In this document: piece after piece, positions 38,418-50,900 of the stretch | How positions within the stretch are numbered: position 1 is the stretch's first letter | How the letters are laid out: the number at the start of each line of letters is the position of its first letter | Origin: Takakia lepidozioides | Taxonomy: Eukaryota > Plantae > Bryophyta | Direction of reading: 5' to 3' | NCBI GenBank assembly: GCA_030704615.1 | Contig: CM060731.1 | Span: 31,868,001 to 31,932,000, forward strand | DNA length: 64,000 nt | Made by a program: the position numbers and the translations under genes | The notes under the pieces: model-generated | What the model saw: the letters and a program-made list of their open reading frames with translations, nothing else | The model's database searches: none | What the model was told of the DNA's origin: nothing

Positions 38418-38750
38418 GTTTTTTTTTTTAGGTAACACGGGACAGAGGCCCTGGTAATTATATTAGACGGAGTGGAAAAAATAACCACCCAGCGGCCGTG
38501 AAGGCTTACAGTGGGGATACTACCACGTGACCAGAGCAATCCGATGAACCGAAGAGTATTTTGCAAAGAGAGTTATCTGCAGAGTGAGGGGATCTGCCTA
38601 GCAATTTAGAAGAAGATAGTGTTTGATTGAGTGTCAAAGAAGAGGTAGCAAGATGAGGATGCCAGATAAAACTACTACTAACAGGGGAGTGGGGAGCAAG
38701 AGAAGTCTGTTGTGAGAGCCTGGAACAACAAGCTGTCAACTGCCATCCTA
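38418..38750 (-). mobile_element. 3' end of a retroposon (SINE/LINE) with poly(A) tail
   Basis: Minus strand reads ..AAGCCTTCACGG..GGTTATTT..GGGCCT..GTGTTACCTAAAAAAAAA. These blocks occur in the same order in the SINE body at 25820-25920. Confidence 0.4.
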
Positions 38751-39064
38751 CACTACCAGTCTGATAGCCAGGATTCTAAAAATGAAGCTGTGTCTTAGCT
38801 TGTGTCGCCAATTGTAGTCCACGTCTTCGCCTTCAGCCGGGCTTTTCCCATGAAGACTTTCCAGCATACTGTGGAGTCGGATATAAAACAAAACAAAACA
38901 TAAAACAAGAACAGAGCAAGAGCAGAGTAACTTATTGGGATGAAACATGGATGCAAAATTGATGAAGTAGCTTGAGGCCACGCGTGTGGGCGCCAAACCG
39001 CAGCCAGTGAAACTTTTAGTGGCGAACGGCCAAGAAAACGGAGGGAGGGTGAGAAGGGGCCGCG

Positions 39065-41463
39065 ATGTCATGGTGTACAATCGAGTCGGATCCCGGTACT
39101 CTCCTCACCATAATTCCTTGCTGCTGCTCTCTATTTGTAAGGGCCTCTGTACTCAAATTAACTATAGAGCCAATTTATGGCGTCTTATGGGGTTTAACTG
39201 AATCCGGATCGTGCCTGGGGCCACACAGTTGCTTTGAAGCTGTTGCAGTTCCATATGTATGGCCATCGTGGAAACAAAGAGAGGGCAGGGTTTGTGGAAG
39301 AAATATGTAATGGACATGTTTCAGATAGAATAAACACTTGTAGACTGCATAGTTTTGGGTTAGGGTTAGCTGTAGAGTGGGGGCAGGAACCAAACCAGTT
39401 TAACCCTCCCAGATTTTGTATGACAATTTCCACTTGATGCATACTGATTTGTAGCAGTTCCAATCGAGATTTGCACCTCTGAAGATTGATTTTCTCCCAG
39501 GTGGGATCTCATTGTCCAGTAACAATTTGTGGGAAACTTAGTCTGATGATGACTACATGTTGGCATCCTTCACAGGGGTGTTCACAGAACTTATCCAGCA
39601 AATGCAAGTCAAAGGAGTTCAGGTATGACTCTTGAGCTGTGTAATGTGGAACAGTCAGCTGTTATATGATAAGTATCTCTAGTTTCTTGAAAGTCTTGAT
39701 TATCTCAATCACACCCTGTACGGTTCAAGTACTTTTTTTGCATGTCATCATCTCTCTCATCTTCTGACCTATCTTCTGGATCAGGGCAACTATAGGCCCT
39801 TCATGGGAGATTGCGTGTTTGGTGCAGGTAGAAGAGCTCTACAGTTTAGACCTTGAATCTCTGGGGTTTCTGAGGTGAGGCCTCTCTCTCTCTCTATCTC
39901 TCTCTCCCTCACATACAGAGAGAGAGAGAGAGAGCAATAATTGACATCTCCTGCTACCTCATCAGAGTTTTATCCAGGAGTGCTCTCTCTCTTTTCAAGT
40001 TCCTTTCCAGCTTGAAAGATTTTTTTCATCTAGGATTGTGGTTGTTAACCCTGTCTGGGATGGGGTGAAGTAGATTACTAGTGCCAGTCACCCCTTTTGT
40101 CTAGTCTGTACTGTGACTGGTGGGTCATCAATGTGAGTACGGAATCTCAATGGGTTCAAGCTGTGTTGCAACCTTCATCAAGTCATCAGGAGGTCAGGAT
40201 CTCTATATGGAGATGCCTCAAATGGACCAAGCTGAAAATAAGTTTTTTCATGTGGAAATTTGCCGGGGTGCTCTTGAGCCTATGGTATTGCCTTGTTGTC
40301 CTCGCAGGCCTGTGTATGGCTTGATATTTCTCTTCAAGTGGTGGCCTGGTGAGAAGGATACACGGCCTGTGTTGAGGGAAGCCAACCCCAATTTGTTTTT
40401 TGCTAGCCAGGTTTGCAACCTCCCCATGAATACTCATATTGGATACATGTCAATCATCTGTCAAACCATTTCAGAAGTACAGCTTTTACCATATCTGTAG
40501 CCTTGCTGGCCATTTACCATCTGTGATAGAAGCTGTGGGTTGATTGGCTTTGTGGTGCTGGAACTGCAATAGCTTTCTCGTAGTCAATGACTTGCCATTT
40601 GGAAGATTGAGAGCTTCATTTCTGAAAATTGATGGTGGTTGTATTGGCAGGTCATCAACAATGCATGTGCCACACAGGCGATTCTCTCCATCCTTATGAA
40701 CCGGCCAGAAATTGAGGTCGGCCCAGAGCTCACAATGCTAAAGGAGTTCAGCAAGGGGTTTCCTCCTGAGCTGAAAGGGCTAGCAATCAACAACAGCGAA
40801 GCAATTCGCACAGCTCATAACAGCTTTGCTAGGCCTGAGCCTTTTGTGGCTGAGGAGCAGAAAGTGGCAGACAAGGACGATGACGTCTACCATTTTATCA
40901 GCTATCTCCCAGTGGATGGAGTACTTTATGAGCTTGATGGGCTCAAGGAAGGACCGATCAGCTTGGGTGAATGTGGGGCTGGTGGGCCTGATTCCATGGA
41001 GTGGCTTCAGCTGGTGCAACCAGTAATCCAAGAGAGAATAGAGAAGTATTCAAAGAGTGAGATCAGGTTCAATCTCATGGCAGTTATTAAGAATAGGAAG
41101 GATATCTACAATGTGGAGATGGCAGAACTGGAGAGCAGAAGGACCCAGATATGGGATCAGTTGGAGGCTGCACAGGCCAAGGGTGAGGATGGCATGGATA
41201 TTGATTCAGCAGGTGGGAAAGAGGAGGGTGAGCCTCCGCCAACGTCCATCCAGACGCTACGAAATAATCTAGCTGATGTGGAGTCAGAGATTGCAAAAGT
41301 GGGTGACAAGATTGCAATGGAGGAGGAGAAGTTCAGGAAGTGGAAAACTGAGAACATCCGACGGAAGCATAACTATATCCCCTTTCTGTTCAATTTTCTG
41401 AAAATCCTTGCTGAGAAGAAACAGCTGAAGCCCCTTATTGAAAAAGCACGTCAGAAGACTTGA
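39065..41463 (+). CDS. UCH2: Ubiquitin C-terminal hydrolase, UCH37/UCHL5 type (plant UCH1/2), 5 exons, ~346 aa
   Basis: Exons 39065-39095, 39576-39622, 39828-39874, 40308-40410 and 40651-41463. Motifs [28 protein letters not shown] (Cys), YHF (His), ELDG (Asp) and a C-terminal [12 protein letters not shown]. Confidence 0.95.
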
Positions 41464-42984
41464 GATGTGGACTCCAGAGCCTCTGAATAGAAACTTGCTT
41501 TTGTTCATGAGTGTATCCTGCTGTCTCCCCCCCTTTTGCTTTCTCCCTATCTGAGGGTACTCATCCGAAATTGTGGTAGGGCTTCTGGAAAGAAAGACAA
41601 GATTCTAGTTCAGAGAATTGGGTGTTGTTGAGTACTTGCTTTGAGAGGATACTAGAGTACACGACCCACACCAAGAAAATGACCTCACAAATTGTATGCT
41701 CGGAACCTCCAATGACACACAATGGATTTGAAGCCAGTCAAAGTAGGAAGGGTAAAGGTTGATGTTTTCATGGAGCAGGAGCAGAAGAATATCTCTTGCA
41801 ACAAAAGCAGACAAGGGGAAAGACAGGTTCAAACATGTACTTTCACTAAGAAATCGGGGTGCACACTGGTCTGCCTGCATGGAGTGGGAATGACACCTGT
41901 TAGTTATAGGAGGTAATGGTAAGTCAGGATACTCTTCATTTATATTCCTCTCCTGATTTCATGGCAATAGAGGATGATGAAGAAATCTGGGTCAAAGCAC
42001 TAACCCCGTGGAGAAACCTGGTATGCAGTCTTTTAACTACCAATCCTGACATGAAAAAGGTGGGATTTGTTCAATGGACTAGCAATATGATGGGGCTGGA
42101 ACCGAAAGTCCAGAGCATCAAAGAGGACTGTAAAGAGTGATAACGCATACATTGGTGATTGCCTTCTAGATTGACCCGAGATATTCCATAGTAACAATCT
42201 CACTTACTGCCAGAAAAATAAAAGCAAAGCAATACAGCAGTGGCTTGTGAAAGTGTGAACGTGTGAAGAGAATTGTCGTCTTCGCAAACACAAAACTGCA
42301 GATAGAGCAAAGGAGAGCGTTTGTCTCAGGTTCTGTCCACTACGCACCAAAGAGCTGACTACAATACTGGATATTATGGCCCTGATACCAAGGATGCCCA
42401 CATGAACTCATTCTCCTAATCCAACTGATTGACATGGTGACTCTCTCTGCAGTCTCTGCCATTTGTGGATGACACATTTTGGCCAAAAATCTGTATCAAA
42501 CAACTTCAGGAATTTCAACATCCACAGAAAGAATTGCTTGTTGGCATGAATGTTGACAATTTTCAACACGTTCCTCATGTGGAGGCCATAAAACTAAGCA
42601 AGATCACCTGAGGTGAGAGCTAAAAGGATGTTTTCTTGAAGGATGAAAATCACATCCAAAGAGGGCCACAAGGACCCATGGGGGAAGAGAAGCAGACATT
42701 TGACATCTTGCTCAGAGAAGGATGGTGCAGAAACAGCAGACACTGCTACATGTGTGGGTAGGGTATTGACCCCACTCAGGTTTCTCCAAAGCAGAAAGGG
42801 GGGTGAAGGGGAAGGGGAGGAGAGTAGCCTGGAGGTACACCGGCAAATTTGTGCTTGCACTGCGTGCAGGCCGCGCGCGGGAAGATTCAATTCCATGGCA
42901 CGCCACGTGGTCAGAGTAGCAAAATACAAAAGGGCAAAAATTTAGAAATAGAACATCCAATATTGGATTGAAAATGTTTTTGAA

Positions 42985-44010
42985 AGATAGGCTACTACTA
43001 GTATCTGTGAGGCTAGTAGAACTTGAGGCTACTTGTGAGGCTAAATCTGTGAGGCTACTTGTGAGGCTAGTAGAACTTTCAACCCATGAAAAAATGTCTT
43101 GAAGAATATTAACCCTGAAAGGATGAGGTAAGTTTTAGCACTTTTGGGTCAAAACAGTACGTACCCTGACGTGCCTACCTAGCCTACCTACATCCTCCTA
43201 CCGCCGTCCACCCACATAGATCCACATAGATGAACCATAGAAACTCATCCCTAGTGACGACATGAACCCATGAACCCTCTCACCATTTTAATTGAAATCC
43301 AAGACCAAGTGCAATTTTCCTATGTATCCAAGTGCGTCTCCTATGTTGAGGCCCAAGTGCAATCTCCTATGTATCCAAGAGCTTCTCCCATGTAGAGGTG
43401 CGACCTCCATTGTCATTCTAATATTTTTTTTAATTTAGTTGAATTTTCAGCGACCAAAATTGTTCATATTTCTATAATTCTCGGCCCATAGGTCCAAATT
43501 TTGTGAAACCAAGTCTGTGCACCCCTACTTGTTGAGGGCTTTCCAACGGTACCAAAATCGTGGCCTCTACCTAAGCCCAAGTGCAACCTCCAGTGTCATT
43601 CCAACACTCGATTTTGTAATTTAGTGAATTTCCAACGACAAAACTATTCATAATTCCATAACTCTCGGTCGATAGGTCCAAATTTTATGAAACCAAGTAG
43701 GTGCACCCCTACTCATCGAGGGCTTTCCAACGGTACCAAAATCCTGGCCGCGGTTAGGGAGATCTCGATTAGGCTACAAACAAGATTGTGAACGCCAATA
43801 TTTTTTTTTTAAAACCCAATTTACATTTACGTCCACGTGCACAAATGAAGGGCCAATCGTTGTTCTAGGAAAGCCCACTTTGCTATTTCTCACGAATTTT
43901 CGGTGACCAAAGTACTTGAAATTCCATATCTCCAACACTGTACCCCTCCTCATGAGGGGCTTTCCAATGGTACCAAGCACCAGGGCTGGGCTCACGGTTT
44001 GGGAGATTTT
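42985..44010. repeat. TE-like repeat block: short GTGAGGCTA tandem plus three copies of a unit containing CCCCT..GAGGGCTTTCCAA(C/T)GGTACCAA
   Basis: GAGGCTA repeats about 6 times at 42988-43070. The GAGGGCTTTCCAAYGGTACCAA-like motif recurs at ~43534, ~43718 and ~43955. CCAAGTGC..CTCC also repeats. Ends are not defined. Confidence 0.55.
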
Positions 44011-44599
44011 AACGCTACGAAACAACACACAACAAACAGACAAACTATCTTGCTTCATATAACAAAAAGCAATGACACAATTTGGAACCCAATGAAAATT
44101 GCATCACCAAAATTTCGTTTGACCAAGGAAATTCCACAAGCTGCAAATATTTCCTGGATGATTGGCCTCGACATTCACAATTAAGGGCACATAGCAAGGA
44201 TTCTCTCAAAATTTCAGAGTGAAAGATCAAAATTTGGGTGAGGCTGCTTTGTATGTGAATCTAGAGGGGTAAATTATCCAAATTTTGCTCTACTAAGATC
44301 AACACTCCTAAAATGTCCAGCATTTATGCTTTGCAAACATCTAAACTACACGGCAAATGGTTTTAGAATTAGAGCAAAATGCTAGGTTGGATGATAATTT
44401 GTAAGTTTCTTGACCATTGGCAAGTTAAGCAAGTGGCAAGCGCCTGCACTTCCTCGTGGAAGGTCAACTTGCGGGGACACCCTGCGCCACCAAAATTCTG
44501 GACCTCGTGACGCTTCAAAAATTCTAGCGTACAGGGTTTATTTTTTTCTTACGAGCTGTTTATTGGATCTGTACACTGTAGAGGAGATGGGGGCACACC

Positions 44600-45330
44600 T
44601 TTTTCATTCAGATGTCACCTTCGTCAGAGTTCATCCATGAAAGACACGACATGGATGAAAAATGATGCGACCGGTCATTTAGGGGTTAAGAATAGGGGAA
44701 GTAACCCATGGGGCCTACCTGCAGCAGTGTGAGGGGAGTCACTAGTCCGAGGACATAGCCAAGGGCACGTAAAGCACCGTTCAGATTTTTCCTTTGTTAT
44801 TTGACGCCCCTCCCCATGCAGAATATAGGCTCCAGCATTACGAATCACGTAAGATCCTCCCAGCTTGGTCGGATGCATCTTACGCTTTGTAAGATGCGTC
44901 CTGCCAGGAAAAATCTGAACTGTGCTTCACAAAAGGGAAGGCCCCAGCCCGCGGGCGTTCCGCGAATTTTCGGACTACAAGCCTGGGGTAACACCCTTGG
45001 CAACCAACCCTCAAATCGCGGAACGCCCTCGGGCTGGGGCCTTCCCTATCACTAAAGACCCGAATACCAAAAAAGGCCCAAGGTGGGGGGATTCTGTGTA
45101 GTTATACGGTTAGTATTTTCTAGGGTGGACGGCTAAGATTCCTGAGATCCCTAGAACTAAAATAAAAGAAATGCAATTAGTAAAGAAAAGATGACAGTGC
45201 GCAAGTTCCCACACAACCTTATGCATTAACATCCCCCGCCCTAGGGATCTTACCCTGCTCGAGGGACCTTACGCGGAAGGTTGTTGACGCGAGGTAAGTT
45301 CACCGAAAATACAAAGGACAAAAACCCGTA
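44600..45330 (+). mobile_element. Possible LTR-retrotransposon 3' fragment (polypurine tract followed by LTR start)
   Basis: AAAAGGCCCAAGGTGGGGGG at ~45071-45090 is followed by TGTGTAGTT at 45095. No coding domains are recognisable. Confidence 0.35.
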
Positions 45331-46465
45331 GGTTTGTTGAAAATAATTTGTTCATTATGCTTAGTTTGAACTAGTAGTAATAATTTGCAATAATCAGTTC
45401 ATGTAGGTGAACTGATGAATTTGATAGTAGTTTAGTGGTTTGATGTAATTGCAATAAATTGATTGTTACGCTTAGTTTGAATTCCAAATACATCAGTTCA
45501 TGTCATACTTTACCACAAGTACTACATCACACAGTTAATGAGATCATGTTTAGCTGATAGATCTAGTACCAGAATACATGGGCTTGGCAAATCACCCCAT
45601 TCCATGTAAAAAACCCTTTGCGGTAGTCGAATTCACCATGCTTCCCAAATGGTGTTTTCACATGTTATGCTTGAAACAAAGTTATGGCATGCATATGCTT
45701 CCTTGCGAAATTCAAAGAGCTAGAAGCGATTCAAGGACATTGTGACATGACATGACCCACCCGTGCTGCAAGACTCATTGTTCCAAGGAGCTTCTAGTGA
45801 GTGGATGAGCTGTGGGTGAGTGAGGAGGCCCAAGCAAGTATTGGGACACAACAACGATGGCAGCAAACATAGAACAGTGATGCATTGCAAAAACACTATC
45901 TCAAAATCATGCAAATCTGGTAGCGCCGCGCGAAGACTTGCGTAGACCCGGTACAAGACTTTCAACTTTCAGAGCTGTAGAAGCAACTAAACTATAGAAA
46001 GAAACTGCAGAAGTTCATGGGCAAATTATGAAGGTACACAGTACAACACTTTCAACTTTAGTGCTGTAGAGGTCAAGCAATTAAATTATAGAAATTGCAG
46101 AAGTTCATGGGCAAAGTCTAAAATAGCAATATTTCAGCAAATGTGATTGCCAGCCAGTAGTGTGCCCCGAACTTTCCCCAGTAAACTGCCTATGAAACGA
46201 AACGCAAATGCGATAACATTTCACCATTTGGTAATAGGATACCTCAAGAAAGCCATGCTAGATAAAGCCCTAGAGGCACAAGTTGGTGAAGATGTAAATG
46301 CTTCGAGCTCACCACCGTGTCTCCAGATGCATTCACGGGAGAAACATTTCGAACAACAGTTTGTGGACAACAAGCGCTTGAGGGGAGCAAACGAACGTTG
46401 GGAATTGAAAACACAGACATGCATCCATATTTGTCGAAGTTTCTCCCAAACGGACCTCAAATCGT

Positions 46466-47971
46466 TGTTAACCCCCGTTTTGGGCTATCGCCTCCGGTTA
46501 AGCTTGTCGAACAGGCCCCGACAGGGTCCCTACTCTGTCGTAACCACTCGGCTATGTGTGGCCCCAATTAAGCGAAATCTGGCGGTTCGTAGACCAATTT
46601 TGCTCCTTAACCCCCCAGATGAGGCCTAGCCCTTAGTCTATTGGGAACTGCCAGAAGAAAAACGAACAGAGGTTTGGGTATTATAGACCCTCAGTCGTAA
46701 ATCGTCGCCTTACTGGCTAAGTGGATCCCAAGGGTCTTTACTCATCTCTTAGTACCCTGGAGTCTGCAGGTTAGACACAATCTTACCTATGTTACCCCGC
46801 ACTCAAGCCAGCTCTGGTCTGCCTCGCTTCGCTGGATCATTCAAGGAGGAAAATCCTAAGGTAGGCTCGAAGGCCTGGGAGACCATCTGGCATGCATGGT
46901 GTAAAGTCCACCCATATCTCTCGCAAATCCAATCCTTCCTCTTTTGAAGAGGTCATCCGTCAGCCCCTTTTTGGGAACTACAACCCTGCCGACGAGGTGT
47001 TGGTGCGATGTTCGGAATGTTGGGCCTTTTGGGAAGCAGTAGGTATCGACTCTAACCAATGTCACCGGGTGGTTGGTCAACACATCTTGGGACCAAATCT
47101 GGCGGCTGACTTGCTGAGGCTGCTGATCAACTCTTCTCCTTCACCGTGCTCTCCATCCTTGCTCCCGTTCCTACTCTCCCCTGATCTCCTCTCGTGAATG
47201 ACCAAGCAGTGCTCTCCGTGAAGTGTGCTCCATGTCGCTGCTCTGTTTAATTTATCTGCAAGTTGTTCTAACCGCCTAACTAACTAACTGTCACCCAAGA
47301 AGTAAGCACGTTCCATCTGCAGATGTTGTTCCCACATAGTCGTTCCCTGCCAATGATAACCGTTCCCTATGTACGCTATGACGGGTTGTGCCAAACTATG
47401 TCGGGCTATGACTGTGCCGAGCTGTGGCTGGCTGTGTCGGACTGTGTCGGACTGTGACTGGCTGTGCGAAGCTGTGTCGAGTTGTGTCGTGTTGTGTCGG
47501 GCTGTGACTGGCTGTGCGAAGCTGTGTCGAGCTGTGATAGACTGTGACTAACTGTGACAGACTGTGTCGGGCTGTGTAAGACTGTGTATGGTTGTGACTG
47601 ACTGTGCAACCTTGTGTACCACTCCCTAAGCCTGTGTTGGTCTAAGTCTACCATCGTAAGTCTGCGCAAAAATTAAGGGTACCCCACAGAACCCGTAAAA
47701 CTGTCTAAGTCCCAGATAGCCCTCTAACATTACCCCTCCCCCTCTCAAAAAGCCGTGTCCTCACGGTTTACTGTTTAGGATCAGCAAACCTTTGTGAGCG
47801 AGCACCCTTCTGTCAGTGAGAGTCCTTTGGAGGGCTCTGTGTGCGAGCCCGAGCCCTGTCACTGGCTGATGGAGATAAATGGCGACTAGCTGGAACTGCC
47901 AACCCTGCGTTAGTTTGAGAAAGAGGTAAATGTTGTGGTATAGGAGATCCCCGTCGTCTTTTGTCTGCCAT
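46466..47971 (-). mobile_element. Ty3/gypsy-like retrotransposon 3' end: LTR (46466-47729), PPT and a short internal stretch, interrupted by CACTA
   Basis: LTR bounded by TGTTA (46466) and TAACA (47729). Just inside it the minus strand reads CGTGAGGACACGGCTTTTTGAGAGGGGGAGGGGTA, a gypsy-type PPT context. The internal sequence is cut at the CACTA TIR at 47972. Confidence 0.7.
47381..47620. repeat. 10-bp-period minisatellite (NCTGTGNNNN)n inside the LTR
   Basis: About 24 units such as GCTGTGTCGG, ACTGTGACTG and GCTGTGCGAA. Confidence 0.9.
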
Positions 47972-50900
47972 CACTACTAGAGAAACCGGTTTTTCCAACA
48001 CCACCCATAGTTCATACCTGGCACTTTGAACGGCTCCTCTTACACCCATGTGAGAGGAGGCAAGGTGTGATCTGGACCATTGTAGGAAAAGCCACATGGT
48101 GTTACAAATTTCACACTCAAATGACACCCATATGGTCAACGGATGTTGACCAAGAAAATTCATATGGGGCATTTGACATGAGTGTGAAATGAGTCATGGA
48201 GTGTGAGATGTCCTACAGGAATTTGGGGCAACTATATGGCGTGGCACATTGACCATCCAGGAGGAAGATGGATGGATGAAATGACTTCCACCTCTATTCA
48301 ACATGCCTTGGACGACATAACACATAGACTTTTGTTTAGAGAATTAAAAAGTTCAAAAATGTTATTAGGGTTATGGGGTATGCATGTAGAGGGTTGTGGG
48401 ACTTGTAGTTTTTCTTTGCCAGCTCGTTTAGAATCTGAATGCCCACCAGTGCAGGCCATCCCTTTAAGTTGATGCCAAAATGCATTTTCATCCAAACATC
48501 AAAGCTCTCAAAATAGACAACCTCAAGTAAAATGGGAAGGAGATCAGCAGAACCGAAAGGGCATAGAATTCTCTTCAATATTGAACACTGCCTACAACTA
48601 TTGGCTATAACTTGCCCTCTGTCCTGTCACATATAATTCCTCCGGGAACCAGCAATCCAAAAAGATGCACTGCTCATGCAGTTGACGACAATATCGTTAT
48701 GAGAATGTCACACTATAATCAACAATATACAACAATTGCTTTGAGAAGCTATAGATAAAACTACCACATGTCGCCTCAGAGATTTGTGAGCCCGGCAATG
48801 TCAATCCAATTTCTGTCTAGTCAACCATGACCCCTCACAATGAGACAGTCTAAAGTTGAGCTGAGCACGGATTTCAATCTCTACTAGTCCAACCGTACTA
48901 GAGAAATATCCAGTGATCCTCAGACAAGGTTTTCTTCGCCACCTTACAAAAATTGTTCCCAATGACTCCCTCCATGTCCACATTGTTGCTAGATGTCGAG
49001 AAGCTTGGACAAAGTGCCTTGCTCTTTGTGACTAGCTCCCTTTTTGAGACAGCAGGGTTTTTTTTTTTACGGATGTACTTCACTCACAACCGTCTTTTTT
49101 ACACTGCGTCCGGGATATCAATGATCACCCCAGCCTGAATTTTTCCCCACCCTATCGCTTGCCAGTGTTTTTTAACTAGTGCTTTTCAACTCGTCTGCTG
49201 AGGGCCTCACTTTCTCCCCTTCGCTGGTACATGTCAAAATCACTCCAAGAGCCATAGTGTTGGAAAACTGCCTTCGCATCCTTGATGCTCCCACATTTGG
49301 CATACATGTCCACGAGGGCATTGTTCAGAATCACATCAAGTACAATTTCAGCTTTGACAATGAAGCCATGGACCTCTTCCCATTTTCCAGAACTGCCAGG
49401 CTTGCCCTTGATGCTCCCACATTTGGCATACATGTCCACGAGGGCATTGTACAATTCCAGCTTTGACAATGAAACCATGGCCCTCTTCCCATTTTCCAGA
49501 GCTGCCAGGCTTGCCCTTCATGCTCCCACATTTGGCATACATGTCCATGAGGGCATTGTTCAGAATCACATCAGGTACAATTCCAGCTTTGACAATGAAG
49601 CCATGGCCCTCTTCCCATTTTCCAGAGCTGCTAGGCTTGCCCTTCATGCTCCCACATTTGGCATACATGTCCACGAGGGCATTGTTCAAAATCACATCAG
49701 GTACAATTCCAGCTTTGACAATGAAACCATGGACCTCTTCCCTTTTTCCAGAGGTGCCAGGCTTGCCCTTGATGCTCCCACATTTGGCATACATGTCCAC
49801 GAGGGCATTGTTCAGAATCACATCAGGTACAATTCCAGCTTTGACAATGAAGCCATGGCCCTCTTCCCATTTTCCAGAGCTGCCAGGCTTGCCCTTGATG
49901 CTCCCACATTTGGCATACATGTCCACGAGGGCATTGTTCAGAATCACATCAGGTACAATTCCAGCTTTGACAATGAAACCATGGACCTCTTCCCATTTTC
50001 CAGAGCTGCCAGGCTTGCCCTTGATGCTCCCACATTTGGCATACATGTCCACGAGGGCATTGTTCAAAATCACATCAGGTACAATTCCAGCTTTGACAAT
50101 GAAACCATGGACCTGATCTTCCATTTTCACAGGCAATGTTGTGCTTGAAATGTGGCCGTCTTGGATGAATCTGGACCCACACTCTATCCCTGCTCCTTCA
50201 GCTATCCATGCCTCTGCACAAATCATGCATACATCCTTGCCTTGCTGGTAGCAGCTGACAATAACAGCCTACATTTGTTCTTGGAAACACCCAACTCAAC
50301 TTCTCACACTAGTTCCTATGCTCAATTGCATCCGCTACTCTCTGTAATCCAACAGGCATTCATCTTTTTGCCACAATTGGGCCACCATTGACTAGGGTCA
50401 GAAAAGTATTCATGCCACAGCTTCATGACTGTTTAGGGTTCACTGTCACAAATGAAAGTGTGTTTGTCAGAATTCTGCCCACCCCAACAGCTCAGTCACT
50501 CCCACCCATGCAAGGTACCATGCTGTATCAAGTCTAAACCCTGGAAAAATACATGCAATAGCAGAAACCAACTCTAGACCATAGCACAACTGGCCTAGTA
50601 CCTCCCATGTGGAGCTTGCCTCCGCCTTCTACCATTTCCCCTTTGCCTTGTAGGTGCATTCAAGTTGGCAATGCCCAATTCATCTGCCTCACTCAAAAGA
50701 ACACAAACAGCAGGCTCAGTCATGATGTTATGAGGAATTTCAGGAGGCACCATGCCTACATAAGTGTCTCCCTCACCCAGTGCCACTTTTGTAATATCGT
50801 GAACCACTCGTCGGGATCGAGGGTCCTTGTGAAGGACCACCTTCCAGTTCCCTCGTGAACTTTTTTCATCCGAGAAAAAAACTTGCTCCACCTGACTAGG

